DNA from: an uncultured Piscirickettsiaceae bacterium
GTDB taxonomy: Bacteria > Pseudomonadota > Gammaproteobacteria > PS1 > Pseudothioglobaceae
Assembly (NCBI GenBank): GCA_964647705.1
Contig: CAZYIW010000003.1
Location: 4,380-68,379 of the forward strand
Direction: 5' to 3'
Length of the DNA stretch: 64,000 nucleotides
This document shows, piece after piece, positions 35,573-45,410 of this stretch (position 1 is the stretch's first letter; every line of letters begins with the position of its first letter). Under the pieces are notes generated by a model, which was not told the origin of the DNA, made no database searches, and saw nothing but the letters and a program-made list of their open reading frames with translations. The position numbers were made by a program, and so were the translations under genes.

Positions 35573-37162
35573 TTATTTCATTTTAGAATTAACGACATTT
35601 ACAAAAATAGTAAGCTTTTGTCCAATTTGAAGCGCCTTAGAGATATCTAAATGGTTGTCTTTAACAATATCATCTACACGCACATCAAATTTTTTTGCAA
35701 TAGTCGAGAGATTATCGCCTCTTTTGACTCTATAGTGCACTTTTCTGTTGATATCAATACCGGTATTGACCACACTTGATAGATTCTCAGGTCGGCTTTT
35801 TTTACTTTGCCAAATCACCAGCCTTTTGCCCACTTGAAGCGGCGTATCATTCGACAGGTGATTCCATTTAATAATTTGACGTATCGTGACTTGATATATT
35901 CGAGCAATTGACCATAAACTCTCACCTTTTGTCACTTTGTGAACTAGCTTCTCACCTGGTTTTTTAGCTTCCATTCTTCTCTTTTCTCTTTGGTCTTCAG
36001 ACAAGGTGTAGCGGGTTTGATCCACTTGTGAAACTGGCACAATTAAATAATCTCCAGCTCTAATGGTATTGCTTTTTAGTTGATTGATATCTTTTATCTG
36101 ATTTAACGTGGTATTGAACTTTTTGGCCAAAAGAGACAGACTCTCTCCAGGTTGTATCTTGTGTCTTATCCATTCAATGCGCATATCCTTAGGATAATCC
36201 TTTAATTGTTGATTAAATAGCGATATTTTCTCAACAGGTAATAGTAGAACATGATTATCTATATTGGGCGTAGCCCAACGTTTAAGACCTGGGTTAAGCG
36301 TATAAATCTGTTCCAAATCTAAGCCAGTCCAATCACTAATCAATGCTAAATCATATTGGGAATCCAATACTACTTTTCCCAGTACTGGCTTGTTATCAAC
36401 CGGAGTTAGTGTTTGCCCATATTTTTTGGGATTTTTAATCAGCTCAGACACAGCCAAAAGACGAGGAACATAGCCTTTTGTCTCTGTAGGCAAATCGAGA
36501 TTCCAAAAATCTGCTTTTTTGCCGCGTTTTTTATTCTTTTTAATGGCTTTTTGTACACGCCCAGGTCCTGAATTGTATGCTGCAACCGCCAGTAGATAGT
36601 CACCATTAAACAATTTAGACAAATTTTTAAGATACTTAATGGCAGAGCGTGTAGACTTCATCACATCTCTTCTATCATCGTACCACCAATCTTCTTTTAA
36701 ACCATAAAGCCTGCCAGTTGAGGGGATAAACTGCCACAACCCTGAAGCTGTGCCAGCTGAATAAGAAAATGGATAATAAGCCGACTCAACAATAGGCAAT
36801 AATGCAACTTCTATAGGCAAACCTGCCTGCTCAACTTCTTTGGTTATTAAATACAAATAAGGTTTGGCGCGTTTAGTCACACGGGTCAGATAATCGGGAT
36901 TTTTTTTGAACCAATCAATGTGCCAAAAGATATCCCTTTGGTTTCTTGGCTTGAGCTTTGAACGATTAGCGATATAGTGCCATAAGTTGTTCTCTATTGC
37001 TTTTTGACTGGAATGCTCAGGCTTTATTTTGCCCAGGTTAGGCTGATCAATTTGCTTATGAACAGTGGTCTGTTGGCTAACATTGGTTTCACAACCGCTT
37101 AAAAAAAATACTAAAACAAATGAGTATAAAACCGATTTTATGATTTTGAGCCCCCAGCACAT
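35573..37162 (-). CDS. mltD: Membrane-bound lytic murein transglycosylase D (SLT domain + 3 LysM)
   Basis: It has a lipobox FFLSGC, an SLT catalytic region (LLPIVESAYYPFSYSAGTASGLWQFIPSTG...YLLAVAAYNSGPGRV) and three LysM repeats (H.V..GESL..IA). The ORF extends to 37198. I prefer the ATG at 37162. Confidence 0.9.
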   Translation of the reverse strand: MCWGLKIIKSVLYSFVLVFFLSGCETNVSQQTTVHKQIDQPNLGKIKPEHSSQKAIENNLWHYIANRSKLKPRNQRDIFWHIDWFKKNPDYLTRVTKRAKPYLYLITKEVEQAGLPIEVALLPIVESAYYPFSYSAGTASGLWQFIPSTGRLYGLKEDWWYDDRRDVMKSTRSAIKYLKNLSKLFNGDYLLAVAAYNSGPGRVQKAIKKNKKRGKKADFWNLDLPTETKGYVPRLLAVSELIKNPKKYGQTLTPVDNKPVLGKVVLDSQYDLALISDWTGLDLEQIYTLNPGLKRWATPNIDNHVLLLPVEKISLFNQQLKDYPKDMRIEWIRHKIQPGESLSLLAKKFNTTLNQIKDINQLKSNTIRAGDYLIVPVSQVDQTRYTLSEDQREKRRMEAKKPGEKLVHKVTKGESLWSIARIYQVTIRQIIKWNHLSNDTPLQVGKRLVIWQSKKSRPENLSSVVNTGIDINRKVHYRVKRGDNLSTIAKKFDVRVDDIVKDNHLDISKALQIGQKLTIFVNVVNSKMK

Positions 37163-37446
37163 TTTGGCGAAGCGGGTGCGCCTGTGCGCTTTGCCCATTC
37201 TTGAGGTGTGTAGGTGTGCATCGCCAAGGCGTGAATGTCGTTAAGCTCTTGTTTAAACAAAGTATTAATCATACGATGACGATCAATCAGCTTAACATTT
37301 TCAAAAGCATCGCTGACTATCACCAATTTGAAATGTGACTCACTCTGAGGACCAGAATGCTGATGCGATTCATTAACCACTTCAAAGTAAGCAGGGGAAA
37401 AAGCAGTGATTATCTGTTGCTCGAGGTGTGTCTTCATATCTGACAT
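37138..37446 (-). CDS. bolA: BolA family transcriptional regulator / Fe-S-related protein
   Basis: FEVVNESHQHSGPQSESHFKLVIVSDAF......RHRMI...L......IHALAMHTYTPQEW and the C-terminal ASPKCAGG parallel E. coli BolA. Confidence 0.9.
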   Translation of the reverse strand: MSDMKTHLEQQIITAFSPAYFEVVNESHQHSGPQSESHFKLVIVSDAFENVKLIDRHRMINTLFKQELNDIHALAMHTYTPQEWAKRTGAPASPKCAGGSKS

Positions 37447-37448
37447 GG

Positions 37449-38462
37449 TTATTCGTCCTCGTGGGCTGAAAATTCGAATGCATCAGAGAAGAAATTGTCT
37501 TTTTTCATGCCTTTTTCAACAAAAGTTTTAGCTGCTGATTCTACCATTATTGGTGGACCACAGACATATATCTGATAGGTTGATAAATCGTCGAAATCCT
37601 CCAACACTGCTTGATGCACAAAACCTTTTCTACCTTGATAGTCTTCACTGGCTTCAGACAACACTGCAACAAAATGTATGTTATCGTGCTTTTTATCCCA
37701 CTCAAATGGCAAATCCATATACAAATCTGGCTGTTCTCTCACACCCCAATAAATGTATATTTGTCGACTGATATTGCTTTTAATTGCATGCTCAACCATG
37801 GCTTTTACTGGGCCAAACCCTGTACCACCAGCAACGAGAATAATTGGCTCATCACTATCATCTCTTAGGTAAAAATCCCCTTTAGGGCCCTCAATATTAA
37901 GCAGAGTTTTTGCCTCCAGCTCATTGAAAACAAAATTGGTAAATTCGCCACCTTCAACCACACGTATATGTAACTCAAGCATACTAGAATTACTTGGCGC
38001 ATTGGCAATTGAAAAAGCCCTTAAACCAAAATCAGGGTAGATTACATCAATATACTGACCAGCTATATATTGCAGTGTATCGCTCTCTGGCGTTTTTAAA
38101 AATACCTGCACCACATCATGGTTTAGATGATTAATTTCGCTAACTTTACACGGTAGAGTTTTGACTTGTATACTGGCCACTGTAGGATCTAGCTCATCCA
38201 CCCATAAATCCACATTGCTCTTAGCTCTACACTGACACAAAAGTGCCAACCCATCATCGGCATCTTCTTTACTGATACCAGGGGGTAAGTCACCATCATA
38301 TTCAACCTCGCCGTTCTTAATCAACGCCTTGCATTTGCCACAAAAGCCATTTCTACAACCGTAAGGAAAATTAAGACCACTATCTAGAGCTGCATCCAAG
38401 ATTGACTGTCCATCTTCCGCTTCAAAACTGTGGTTTGTTTTTTCGTTCTTAATGTTGAACAT
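37449..38462 (-). CDS. [2Fe-2S] ferredoxin-FNR-family fusion reductase (AscD / flavin reductase-like)
   Basis: It has an N-terminal plant-type ferredoxin (CRNGFCGKCK...C), the FAD motif RAFSIAN and the NAD(P)H motif LVAGGTGFGP. The ORF opens at 38495. I prefer MFNIKNEK at 38462. Confidence 0.8.
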   Translation of the reverse strand: MFNIKNEKTNHSFEAEDGQSILDAALDSGLNFPYGCRNGFCGKCKALIKNGEVEYDGDLPPGISKEDADDGLALLCQCRAKSNVDLWVDELDPTVASIQVKTLPCKVSEINHLNHDVVQVFLKTPESDTLQYIAGQYIDVIYPDFGLRAFSIANAPSNSSMLELHIRVVEGGEFTNFVFNELEAKTLLNIEGPKGDFYLRDDSDEPIILVAGGTGFGPVKAMVEHAIKSNISRQIYIYWGVREQPDLYMDLPFEWDKKHDNIHFVAVLSEASEDYQGRKGFVHQAVLEDFDDLSTYQIYVCGPPIMVESAAKTFVEKGMKKDNFFSDAFEFSAHEDE

Positions 38463-38542
38463 GTGTTTATTCTGTGAATAAAATATGCAGCACATTATAA
38501 TGTAGCTTAAATTGTTAATCGCCTCGTAATTACGTGCTTTTT

Positions 38543-39475
38543 ATGCCTAATACAGATAATAAAACCGTTGTTTTCTTAATGGGTCCAACAGCTTCCGGAA
38601 AAACCGAACTGGGTATTGAAATAAGTAAAATAATAAAAACCAGAATTATCAGTGTTGATTCTGCACTAATCTACCGAGGCATGGATATTGGGACCGCCAA
38701 ACCAGATGCTCAAACTTTGGCCAAATATCCACATCACTTAATTGACATATGTGCACCAGAGGATAATTATTCAGCACACGATTTTGCTCATGACGCCATA
38801 GTTGAAATTGAAAAAGCATTCTGTGAAGGCGCTTTGCCTCTTTTAGTTGGGGGAACTTCGTTTTATTTCAACGCATTAGAACATGGTCTCTCCAACTTGC
38901 CTGAATCGACCGCTGAGTCCAGACAAAGGTTTAACAAACTGTTAAAAGAAAAAGGTTCCGAAGCCCTGCATAGACGCTTATATGATATTGATCCTGTTGC
39001 TGCTGATAGAATCCACCCCAATGACTCTCAGCGCATAACACGTGCACTTGAGGTATTTGAATTATCAGGCAAAACACTAAGCGCATTACAAGGTAATAAA
39101 AAAACTCTACTGGATTACCCAATCAAAAAAATAATCCTTATGCGTAAACGCGAACTACTCCATCAGCGCATTGAACAGCGCTTTTTATCGATGATAGAAA
39201 GTGGCTTTATGGATGAAGTCAAAACTCTTAAAAAAAATCCAAATTTAACTAAAGATTCCCCTTCAATGAGAGCTGTCGGTTATCGACAGGCATGGCAGTA
39301 TCTCGATGGTGAGACTGACCTAGAAACCATGATTGAAAAAGGCATTATTGCCACCAGACAGTTATGCAAGCGTCAAAGCACTTGGCTAAATGCTGAAAAA
39401 GACGCGCTTGTCCTTGATCGTGCTGATATTGAGCAAATACTAAACTGGATTAAAGTGACGCCACACAGCGTTTAA
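38543..39475 (+). CDS. miaA: tRNA dimethylallyltransferase
   Basis: It has FLMGPTASGKT, ISVDSALIYRGMDIGTAKP, LLVGGT..YF and HPND.QRI.RALEV. Confidence 0.96.
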   Translation: MPNTDNKTVVFLMGPTASGKTELGIEISKIIKTRIISVDSALIYRGMDIGTAKPDAQTLAKYPHHLIDICAPEDNYSAHDFAHDAIVEIEKAFCEGALPLLVGGTSFYFNALEHGLSNLPESTAESRQRFNKLLKEKGSEALHRRLYDIDPVAADRIHPNDSQRITRALEVFELSGKTLSALQGNKKTLLDYPIKKIILMRKRELLHQRIEQRFLSMIESGFMDEVKTLKKNPNLTKDSPSMRAVGYRQAWQYLDGETDLETMIEKGIIATRQLCKRQSTWLNAEKDALVLDRADIEQILNWIKVTPHSV

Positions 39476-40751
39476 ATTCATCGCCTCGATGTTCAAAATT
39501 ATCAAACATATCAAAGCTGGCACACGCTGGGGATAACAAAACCACACCGTCGTTCATCGTGCTTGAAGCAAAACGCACTGCCTCATCCATACTATCGGCA
39601 ATGCTTACTTGGGCTTTTTTTATCTGATTAGCAAATGTTTTTGCACTGTGTCCAATTAACACTACCGAAGATACATCTCTTTCAATTAAGTCAAACATTT
39701 GAGAATAATCTTCTTTTTTTGCAATACCGCCAGCAATCAAAGTAATGTTTTCATGACGATTGATCAGTGCTTTTAGTGCTTTAATGGTTGAGATAGCATT
39801 GGTGGCCTTAGAATCGTTGTAATAATCAATTCCAGCTTTTTTACCCACCCATTCTAATCGATGCTCTAAGCCTTGAAAACGCTTAATACAATCAACCATA
39901 GGCTGTGTGGGTAGCTCAAGCTGATCGCCCAGTGATAAAGCTGCCAACATATTTGCCACATTATGCTCCCCAATCAGTTGCATTTCATTCACTGACATAA
40001 GCACTTCATCACCTTTTATTATGTAACAACTACCATGACAAGTGACTGTGCCAAAATCTTCGTCTCGTTTAGGTAAGTTGATACCAAAATGTTTGGCACA
40101 AGACTTTTTCGGTGTGAGTGGCTCATCTAAATTAACAACCAAATTCTTACAAAACTTATACAGCTTTAATTTGGAATCAACATAATCGTCAAAATTTGGG
40201 TAACGGTCTAAATGATCGGGAGTAATATTGAGCACCACTCCGGTAAATAGTTTTAACTCAGAAGTGTAATCCAATTGGTAACTAGACAGTTCTAATACAT
40301 AATAGTCAACACCATCATTGAGGCAATCTAGCGCAGGTTTACCAATGTTTCCACCAATCTGTGCAACTTTGCCAGATACGTTAATCATCTCCCCCAATAA
40401 TTTCGTCACCGTAGACTTGCCGTTTGAACCAGTAATACCAATAATGGGTGCTTTGGCATAACGAGAAAACAGTTCTATGTCACTAACTATGGGAATATTT
40501 TTCTCATTAGCCCAAACCACAATTGGTTCTGTCGATGCAATACCAGGACTAATGAAAACTTCGTCAACATCAGATAATAATTCGATATTCCATGTACCTA
40601 AAATTGCTGGTTTGTCTTCAAAATCCGCTAAATATTGGCCCAACATAGGAGGATTATCTCGACTATCAGCCAGTCTAAAATCAATTTTTTCTTTCGACAA
40701 AAATTGAGCAATTGACAATCCAGTAATACCTAAACCTAAAACCAGTTTCAT
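39450..40751 (-). CDS. murD: UDP-N-acetylmuramoylalanine--D-glutamate ligase
   Basis: It has GLGITG.S, GITGSNGKSTVT, ELSSYQLD and a C-terminal SPACASFD.F.NFE.RG..F. Confidence 0.95.
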   Translation of the reverse strand: MKLVLGLGITGLSIAQFLSKEKIDFRLADSRDNPPMLGQYLADFEDKPAILGTWNIELLSDVDEVFISPGIASTEPIVVWANEKNIPIVSDIELFSRYAKAPIIGITGSNGKSTVTKLLGEMINVSGKVAQIGGNIGKPALDCLNDGVDYYVLELSSYQLDYTSELKLFTGVVLNITPDHLDRYPNFDDYVDSKLKLYKFCKNLVVNLDEPLTPKKSCAKHFGINLPKRDEDFGTVTCHGSCYIIKGDEVLMSVNEMQLIGEHNVANMLAALSLGDQLELPTQPMVDCIKRFQGLEHRLEWVGKKAGIDYYNDSKATNAISTIKALKALINRHENITLIAGGIAKKEDYSQMFDLIERDVSSVVLIGHSAKTFANQIKKAQVSIADSMDEAVRFASSTMNDGVVLLSPACASFDMFDNFEHRGDEFKRCVASL

Positions 40752-40812
40752 GATTTTTTTTTATTTTCAGGTTAAAATGGGATTATTTTACACTCACAAC
40801 ATAGGAAAAATT

Positions 40813-41481
40813 ATGTCTACATTCACATCAACTTCAACCATCACTGATGTCAAGGTAAAAAACAAAGTCTTATCTGACACCATGAGATTGCTTTCTTATA
40901 CGCTTATTTTTGGTGGCCTGGCATCGTGGTTTTCAATTGCGATTGGAGCCGGTTTTGGTTCTGCAATGGTAAGCTCTATCGTAGCAATTGCAGTTATTTG
41001 GTTTGTGTTGCCTAAAACACAAAACAGTGCTAAAGGCGTTGTAACGGCTTTTGCAATTGCAGGTTTGTTAGGCTACTCAATTGGGCCACTACTTAGTCAT
41101 TATCTTGCAATGCCAAATGGATCAGATCTGGTATTGCAGGCTTTTGCAGGTACTGGAGTTTCGTTTTTTGCTATTAGTTTTTATGCGCAAAGAACGCAAA
41201 AAGATTTTAGCTTTTTAAATGGCATGATCTTTTTTGCTATGATTGGCATTATCGTACTATCACTGATTAACTTTTTCTTTATTGGATCAATTGGTTTTAG
41301 TCTGGTTATCTCATTTGTGGTGGTGTTACTAATGGGTGCTTTTATGCTTTCGCAGATATCAGGCATCGTCAACGGTGGCGAGACCAACTATATTGTTGCA
41401 ACAGTGGGTTTATATCTTGCTCTTCACAATATGTTTACCAGCCTTCTTCATCTGTTAGGTGCATTTTCAGGTGACGAATAA
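40813..41481 (+). CDS. Bax inhibitor-1/YccA family inner-membrane protein
   Basis: It has 7 TM segments and a conserved tail ...YL.ALN.F..LL..LG. The SD aggaaaaatt-ATG is at 40813. The ORF opens at 40750. Confidence 0.8.
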   Translation: MSTFTSTSTITDVKVKNKVLSDTMRLLSYTLIFGGLASWFSIAIGAGFGSAMVSSIVAIAVIWFVLPKTQNSAKGVVTAFAIAGLLGYSIGPLLSHYLAMPNGSDLVLQAFAGTGVSFFAISFYAQRTQKDFSFLNGMIFFAMIGIIVLSLINFFFIGSIGFSLVISFVVVLLMGAFMLSQISGIVNGGETNYIVATVGLYLALHNMFTSLLHLLGAFSGDE

Positions 41482-41489
41482 CTTTACTA

Positions 41490-42029
41490 ATGATTGATGA
41501 TGAAGGTTATAGGGCAAATGTTGGCATTGTTATTACCAATGATAAACAGCAAATTCTCTTAGCCAAAAGACTTGGACAAAATGCCTGGCAGTTGCCTCAA
41601 GGTGGTATCAACGAAAACGAAACAGAGTTAGAAGCTTTATTTCGTGAGCTCAACGAAGAAGTTGGGCTTTCGGCTTGTCATGTTGAAGTGGTTGCAAAAA
41701 CACCTAAATGGTTGCGTTACAACCTGCCTACAGAACACCGAAGACGCCGACAAAAATCGCTTTTTATTGGTCAAAAACAAGTTTGGTTTTTATTGCGTCT
41801 TACCTGTGATGAGCATCACATTAAACTTGATGGTCATGAACAAGTTGAATTTGATGATTGGCAATGGGTAGATTATTGGCGCCCTATTGAGGAGGTTATT
41901 GATTTCAAAAAGAGCGTTTATGAAGATATGTTAAAAGCGCTAGCACCAATAGTATTTAACAACGAACATCGTGTTCCTAGAGAATATTCTCGCCCTCTTA
42001 AATGTTCTGCGATTGTATTGTCAGAATAG
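41490..42029 (+). CDS. rppH: RNA pyrophosphohydrolase RppH (NudH)
   Basis: It has GYR.NVGIV and the Nudix box WQLPQGGINENETELEALFRELNEEVGL. QKQ.WFLLRL is as in E. coli RppH. Confidence 0.93.
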   Translation: MIDDEGYRANVGIVITNDKQQILLAKRLGQNAWQLPQGGINENETELEALFRELNEEVGLSACHVEVVAKTPKWLRYNLPTEHRRRRQKSLFIGQKQVWFLLRLTCDEHHIKLDGHEQVEFDDWQWVDYWRPIEEVIDFKKSVYEDMLKALAPIVFNNEHRVPREYSRPLKCSAIVLSE

Positions 42030-42038
42030 TATTTTCAC

Positions 42039-42048
42039 TTGGTATAAT
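42039..42048 (+). promoter_or_regulatory. Extended -10 promoter (TTGGTATAAT) for hom-thrC
   Basis: It lies 39 nt upstream of the hom GTG start and is the third copy of the same 10-mer. Confidence 0.5.
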
Positions 42049-42086
42049 CTATCGTTTTTACATCCATTAAATAGGAACTCAAACTG

Positions 42087-43364
42087 GTGAATATTGGAAT
42101 TTTAGGCTTAGGCACTGTGGGTGGCGGTGTTGTTAATGTCTTAGAAAAAAATCAACAAGAGATTATTCGTCGTTGCGGAGCTCAGGTGCATATTACTCAT
42201 GCTGCTGTGAGAGACATTAGCCAAAAAAGAATCTGCTCAACTGATGGCATTAAACTGACACAAGATCCGTTTGAAATTGTTAATAATCCAAACATAGATA
42301 TCGTTTTAGAGCTTATGGGAGGCACTTCTTTGGCCTTGGAATTGGTCAAAATTGCCATCGATAATGGTAAGCATGTTATTACTGCTAATAAGGCCCTTAT
42401 CGCTACATCTGGTAATGAATTACTGCAAAAAGCCAAAAACAACAACGTACATCTTTTATTTGAAGCCTCAGTGGCAGGTGGTATTCCAATCCTTAAATCC
42501 TTGGAGCAAGGTTTAAGTGCCAATAAAATCGAATGGGTCGCCGGCATTATTAATGGCACAGGCAACTTTATTTTGACTGAGATGCGCGATAAGGGTAGAG
42601 ATTTTGAAGATGTTTTAAAAGAGGCTCAAGCACTCGGTTATGCTGAAGCCGACCCAACATTTGATGTTGAGGGAATTGATGCAGCGCACAAATTGGCTAT
42701 TATTTCTTCAATCGCTTTTGGTTCAGAACTTAACTTTGACAAGGTTTCTACTGAGGGTATTTCAAAAGTCGAACCTGAAGACGTGGCTTTTGCTACCGAG
42801 CTAGGCTATTCAATCAAACATTTAGGTATTGCCAAAAAATACGACGGCAAAATCGAGATGCGAGTACATCCAACCTTGATTCCAAAAAGAAGACTTTTGG
42901 CCAATGTTGATGGCGTTATGAATGCTGTGTTGGTTAAAGGCAATGCGGTGGGTCCTACCTTATATTATGGTGCCGGTGCCGGTGATGATGCCACAGCCAG
43001 TGCGGTTATTGCCGATTTAATTGATATTATCAAAGGCACAATCAGTGAGGATGTCTTGGGTTGGCAATCTTTTGAACCCATGGTATGTCGAGATGATGAT
43101 GAAATTTTATCAATTTTTTACTTACGCCTATTAGCCACAGATAAGCCAGGTGTTTTGGCTGATATTACTGCAATTTTTGCTCAGCATAATATCAGTGTAG
43201 AAGCCGTGGTACAAAAACAAGTTGACGAACAAAATAATGCACATATTGCCATTATTACTAATAAAGTCAGAACGAGTGAAATGAATGCAGCAGTGGCAGA
43301 GATTCAAGATCATAATTTCATTCAAGAAGCTGTTAAAATCATTCATGTTGAGACACTGGATTAA
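42087..43364 (+). CDS. hom: Homoserine dehydrogenase (with C-terminal ACT domain)
   Basis: It has GILGLGTVGGGV, VITANKAL, FEASVAGGIPI, GI.NGT.NFIL and GYAEADPT.DVEG.D. The start codon is GTG. Confidence 0.95.
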   Translation: MNIGILGLGTVGGGVVNVLEKNQQEIIRRCGAQVHITHAAVRDISQKRICSTDGIKLTQDPFEIVNNPNIDIVLELMGGTSLALELVKIAIDNGKHVITANKALIATSGNELLQKAKNNNVHLLFEASVAGGIPILKSLEQGLSANKIEWVAGIINGTGNFILTEMRDKGRDFEDVLKEAQALGYAEADPTFDVEGIDAAHKLAIISSIAFGSELNFDKVSTEGISKVEPEDVAFATELGYSIKHLGIAKKYDGKIEMRVHPTLIPKRRLLANVDGVMNAVLVKGNAVGPTLYYGAGAGDDATASAVIADLIDIIKGTISEDVLGWQSFEPMVCRDDDEILSIFYLRLLATDKPGVLADITAIFAQHNISVEAVVQKQVDEQNNAHIAIITNKVRTSEMNAAVAEIQDHNFIQEAVKIIHVETLD

Positions 43365-43385
43365 CACATAAAGGATTAATTAATT

Positions 43386-44450
43386 ATGAGATATACCGGT
43401 TTAATTGAAAACTATCGTGACAGATTACCTGTGAGTGAAAGCACTCGTTTAATTAGCCTTGGTGAGGGTAATACGCCATTGATTCGCTTGAATAATATCC
43501 CAAGAGAGTTGGGCAAAGCAGTTGATATCTATATTAAATTTGAAGGTCTTAATCCAACCGGATCCTTTAAAGATCGAGGCATGACTATGGCTGTTACCAA
43601 AGCTGTTGAGGCTGGTTCAAAAGCCATTATTTGTGCATCGACAGGTAATACATCTGCCTCTGCTGCCGCTTATGCAGCCAGAGCTGGTATTAAAGCCTTT
43701 GTGCTTATTCCAGAAGGTAAGATTGCATTAGGAAAATTGGCTCAAGCAATGATTCATGGCGCTGTTATTATTCAAATTAAAGGTAATTTTGATGATGGTA
43801 TGCGCTTGGTGAAAGAAGTGGCAGAACATGCGCCTGTCTCTATCGTTAATTCTATTAATCCTTATCGTTTACAAGGTCAGAAAACCGCGTCTTTTGAAAT
43901 TATTGAGGAGTTGGGTTTTGCCCCCGATTATCATTGTCTACCTGTGGGTAATGCCGGTAATATTTCAGCGCATTGGATGGGCTATACCGAATATAAAGAA
44001 TATGGTAAGGTAAACAATACACCGAAAATGCTTGGCTACCAAGCGGCTGGCGCTGCGCCTTTTGTCAAGGGATCTATGGTTGACAATCCCGAAACCATTG
44101 CCACTGCAATTCGCATCGGCCATCCACAAAGCTGGGATTTAGCCAAAAATGTAGAAAAAGAATCTGGTGGCTGGTTTGATTCGCTCACAGACGATGAAAT
44201 CTTAGCAGCACAAAAAATGTTAACTGAAAAAGAGGGTATTTTCTGTGAACCGGCTTCGGCAACTTCTATTGCAGGCGCAATGAGAGATATTAGCAGTGGT
44301 AAAATCCCTGAAGGCTCCAAGGTGGTTTGTACCCTAACTGGGCATGGCCTTAAAGACCCGGATACTGCCATCTCACAATGCAGTGATGAGATGATTCTTG
44401 TCAGCCCTGTGATGGATGAAGTTAGAGATGCAATTCTAAACAATATGTAA
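43386..44450 (+). CDS. thrC: Threonine synthase
   Basis: It has the PLP lysine motif NPTGSFKDRGMT, ASTGNTSAS and a GxGxxG-like NAGN. Confidence 0.95.
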   Translation: MRYTGLIENYRDRLPVSESTRLISLGEGNTPLIRLNNIPRELGKAVDIYIKFEGLNPTGSFKDRGMTMAVTKAVEAGSKAIICASTGNTSASAAAYAARAGIKAFVLIPEGKIALGKLAQAMIHGAVIIQIKGNFDDGMRLVKEVAEHAPVSIVNSINPYRLQGQKTASFEIIEELGFAPDYHCLPVGNAGNISAHWMGYTEYKEYGKVNNTPKMLGYQAAGAAPFVKGSMVDNPETIATAIRIGHPQSWDLAKNVEKESGGWFDSLTDDEILAAQKMLTEKEGIFCEPASATSIAGAMRDISSGKIPEGSKVVCTLTGHGLKDPDTAISQCSDEMILVSPVMDEVRDAILNNM

Positions 44451-44489
44451 CCTTGATCATTTTGTTCAAGGTCAGTACTTTGAAACAAT

Positions 44490-45389
44490 ATGAACAAAAA
44501 CGATTATTTAACCATTGATCAAGTTGTTGGCAATACACCTTTGGTGAAACTGCAACGACTCAATCCCAACCCGTCAAATGTAATCTTGCTCAAACTAGAA
44601 GGTAATAATCCTGCTGGTTCAGTCAAAGACCGTGCGGCACTTAATATGATTGAAAAGGCGCAATCTCGTGGAGAAATTACCCCAGGAGATACCTTAATTG
44701 AGGCCACCAGTGGCAATACAGGTATTGCACTGGCAATGGTTGCAGCCATTAAAGGCTATAAGATGGTTTTAATCATGCCAGAAAATCTCTCGCAAGAAAG
44801 GCGAGATTCTATGGCAGCCTATGGTGCTGATCTAATCTTAGTGAGTGAAGAAGAAGGCATGGAAGGCGCAAGGGATCTGGCTGAGAAAATGCAGCGCCAA
44901 GGTAAAGGCAAACAATTGAATCAATTTGCCAATGAAGACAATCCCAATGCACATGTAAATGCCACAGCTGAAGAGATTTGGAGAGATACCAAGCATCAAG
45001 TGACACATTTTGTTTCTGCCATGGGAACAACAGGCACAATAACCGGTGTCTCCAATGCATTAAAAGAAAAAAACAACCAAATTCAAATCATCGGTGTCCT
45101 CCCTGAAGACGGCGCACATATCCCAGGTATTCGCCGTTGGCCAAAAGAATACTTACCTGAGATTTTCGCCAAAGCAAAAGTTGATCAAACAATTGATGTC
45201 TCACAACAAGCTTCAGAACAAACCGCAAGGGATTTGGCCAAAGTAGAGGGTGTTTTTGCCGGTATATCTTCTGGTGGTGCGGTAGCTGCAGCAATTGAAT
45301 TATCTAAAACAATCAATGACGCCACCATTGTTACCATCATCCCCGATAGAGGTGATCGATACCTCTCAACGGGTCTGTTTTCAAAATAA
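44490..45389 (+). CDS. cysM: Cysteine synthase B
   Basis: It is collinear with E. coli CysM (GNTPLVKLQR..., LEGNNPAGSVKDRAAL, EATSGNTGIALAM, IPGIRRWP.EYLP.IF, DRGDRYLSTG). Confidence 0.93.
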   Translation: MNKNDYLTIDQVVGNTPLVKLQRLNPNPSNVILLKLEGNNPAGSVKDRAALNMIEKAQSRGEITPGDTLIEATSGNTGIALAMVAAIKGYKMVLIMPENLSQERRDSMAAYGADLILVSEEEGMEGARDLAEKMQRQGKGKQLNQFANEDNPNAHVNATAEEIWRDTKHQVTHFVSAMGTTGTITGVSNALKEKNNQIQIIGVLPEDGAHIPGIRRWPKEYLPEIFAKAKVDQTIDVSQQASEQTARDLAKVEGVFAGISSGGAVAAAIELSKTINDATIVTIIPDRGDRYLSTGLFSK

Positions 45390-45410
45390 AAATTAAAAAC
45401 ACATTATGTC

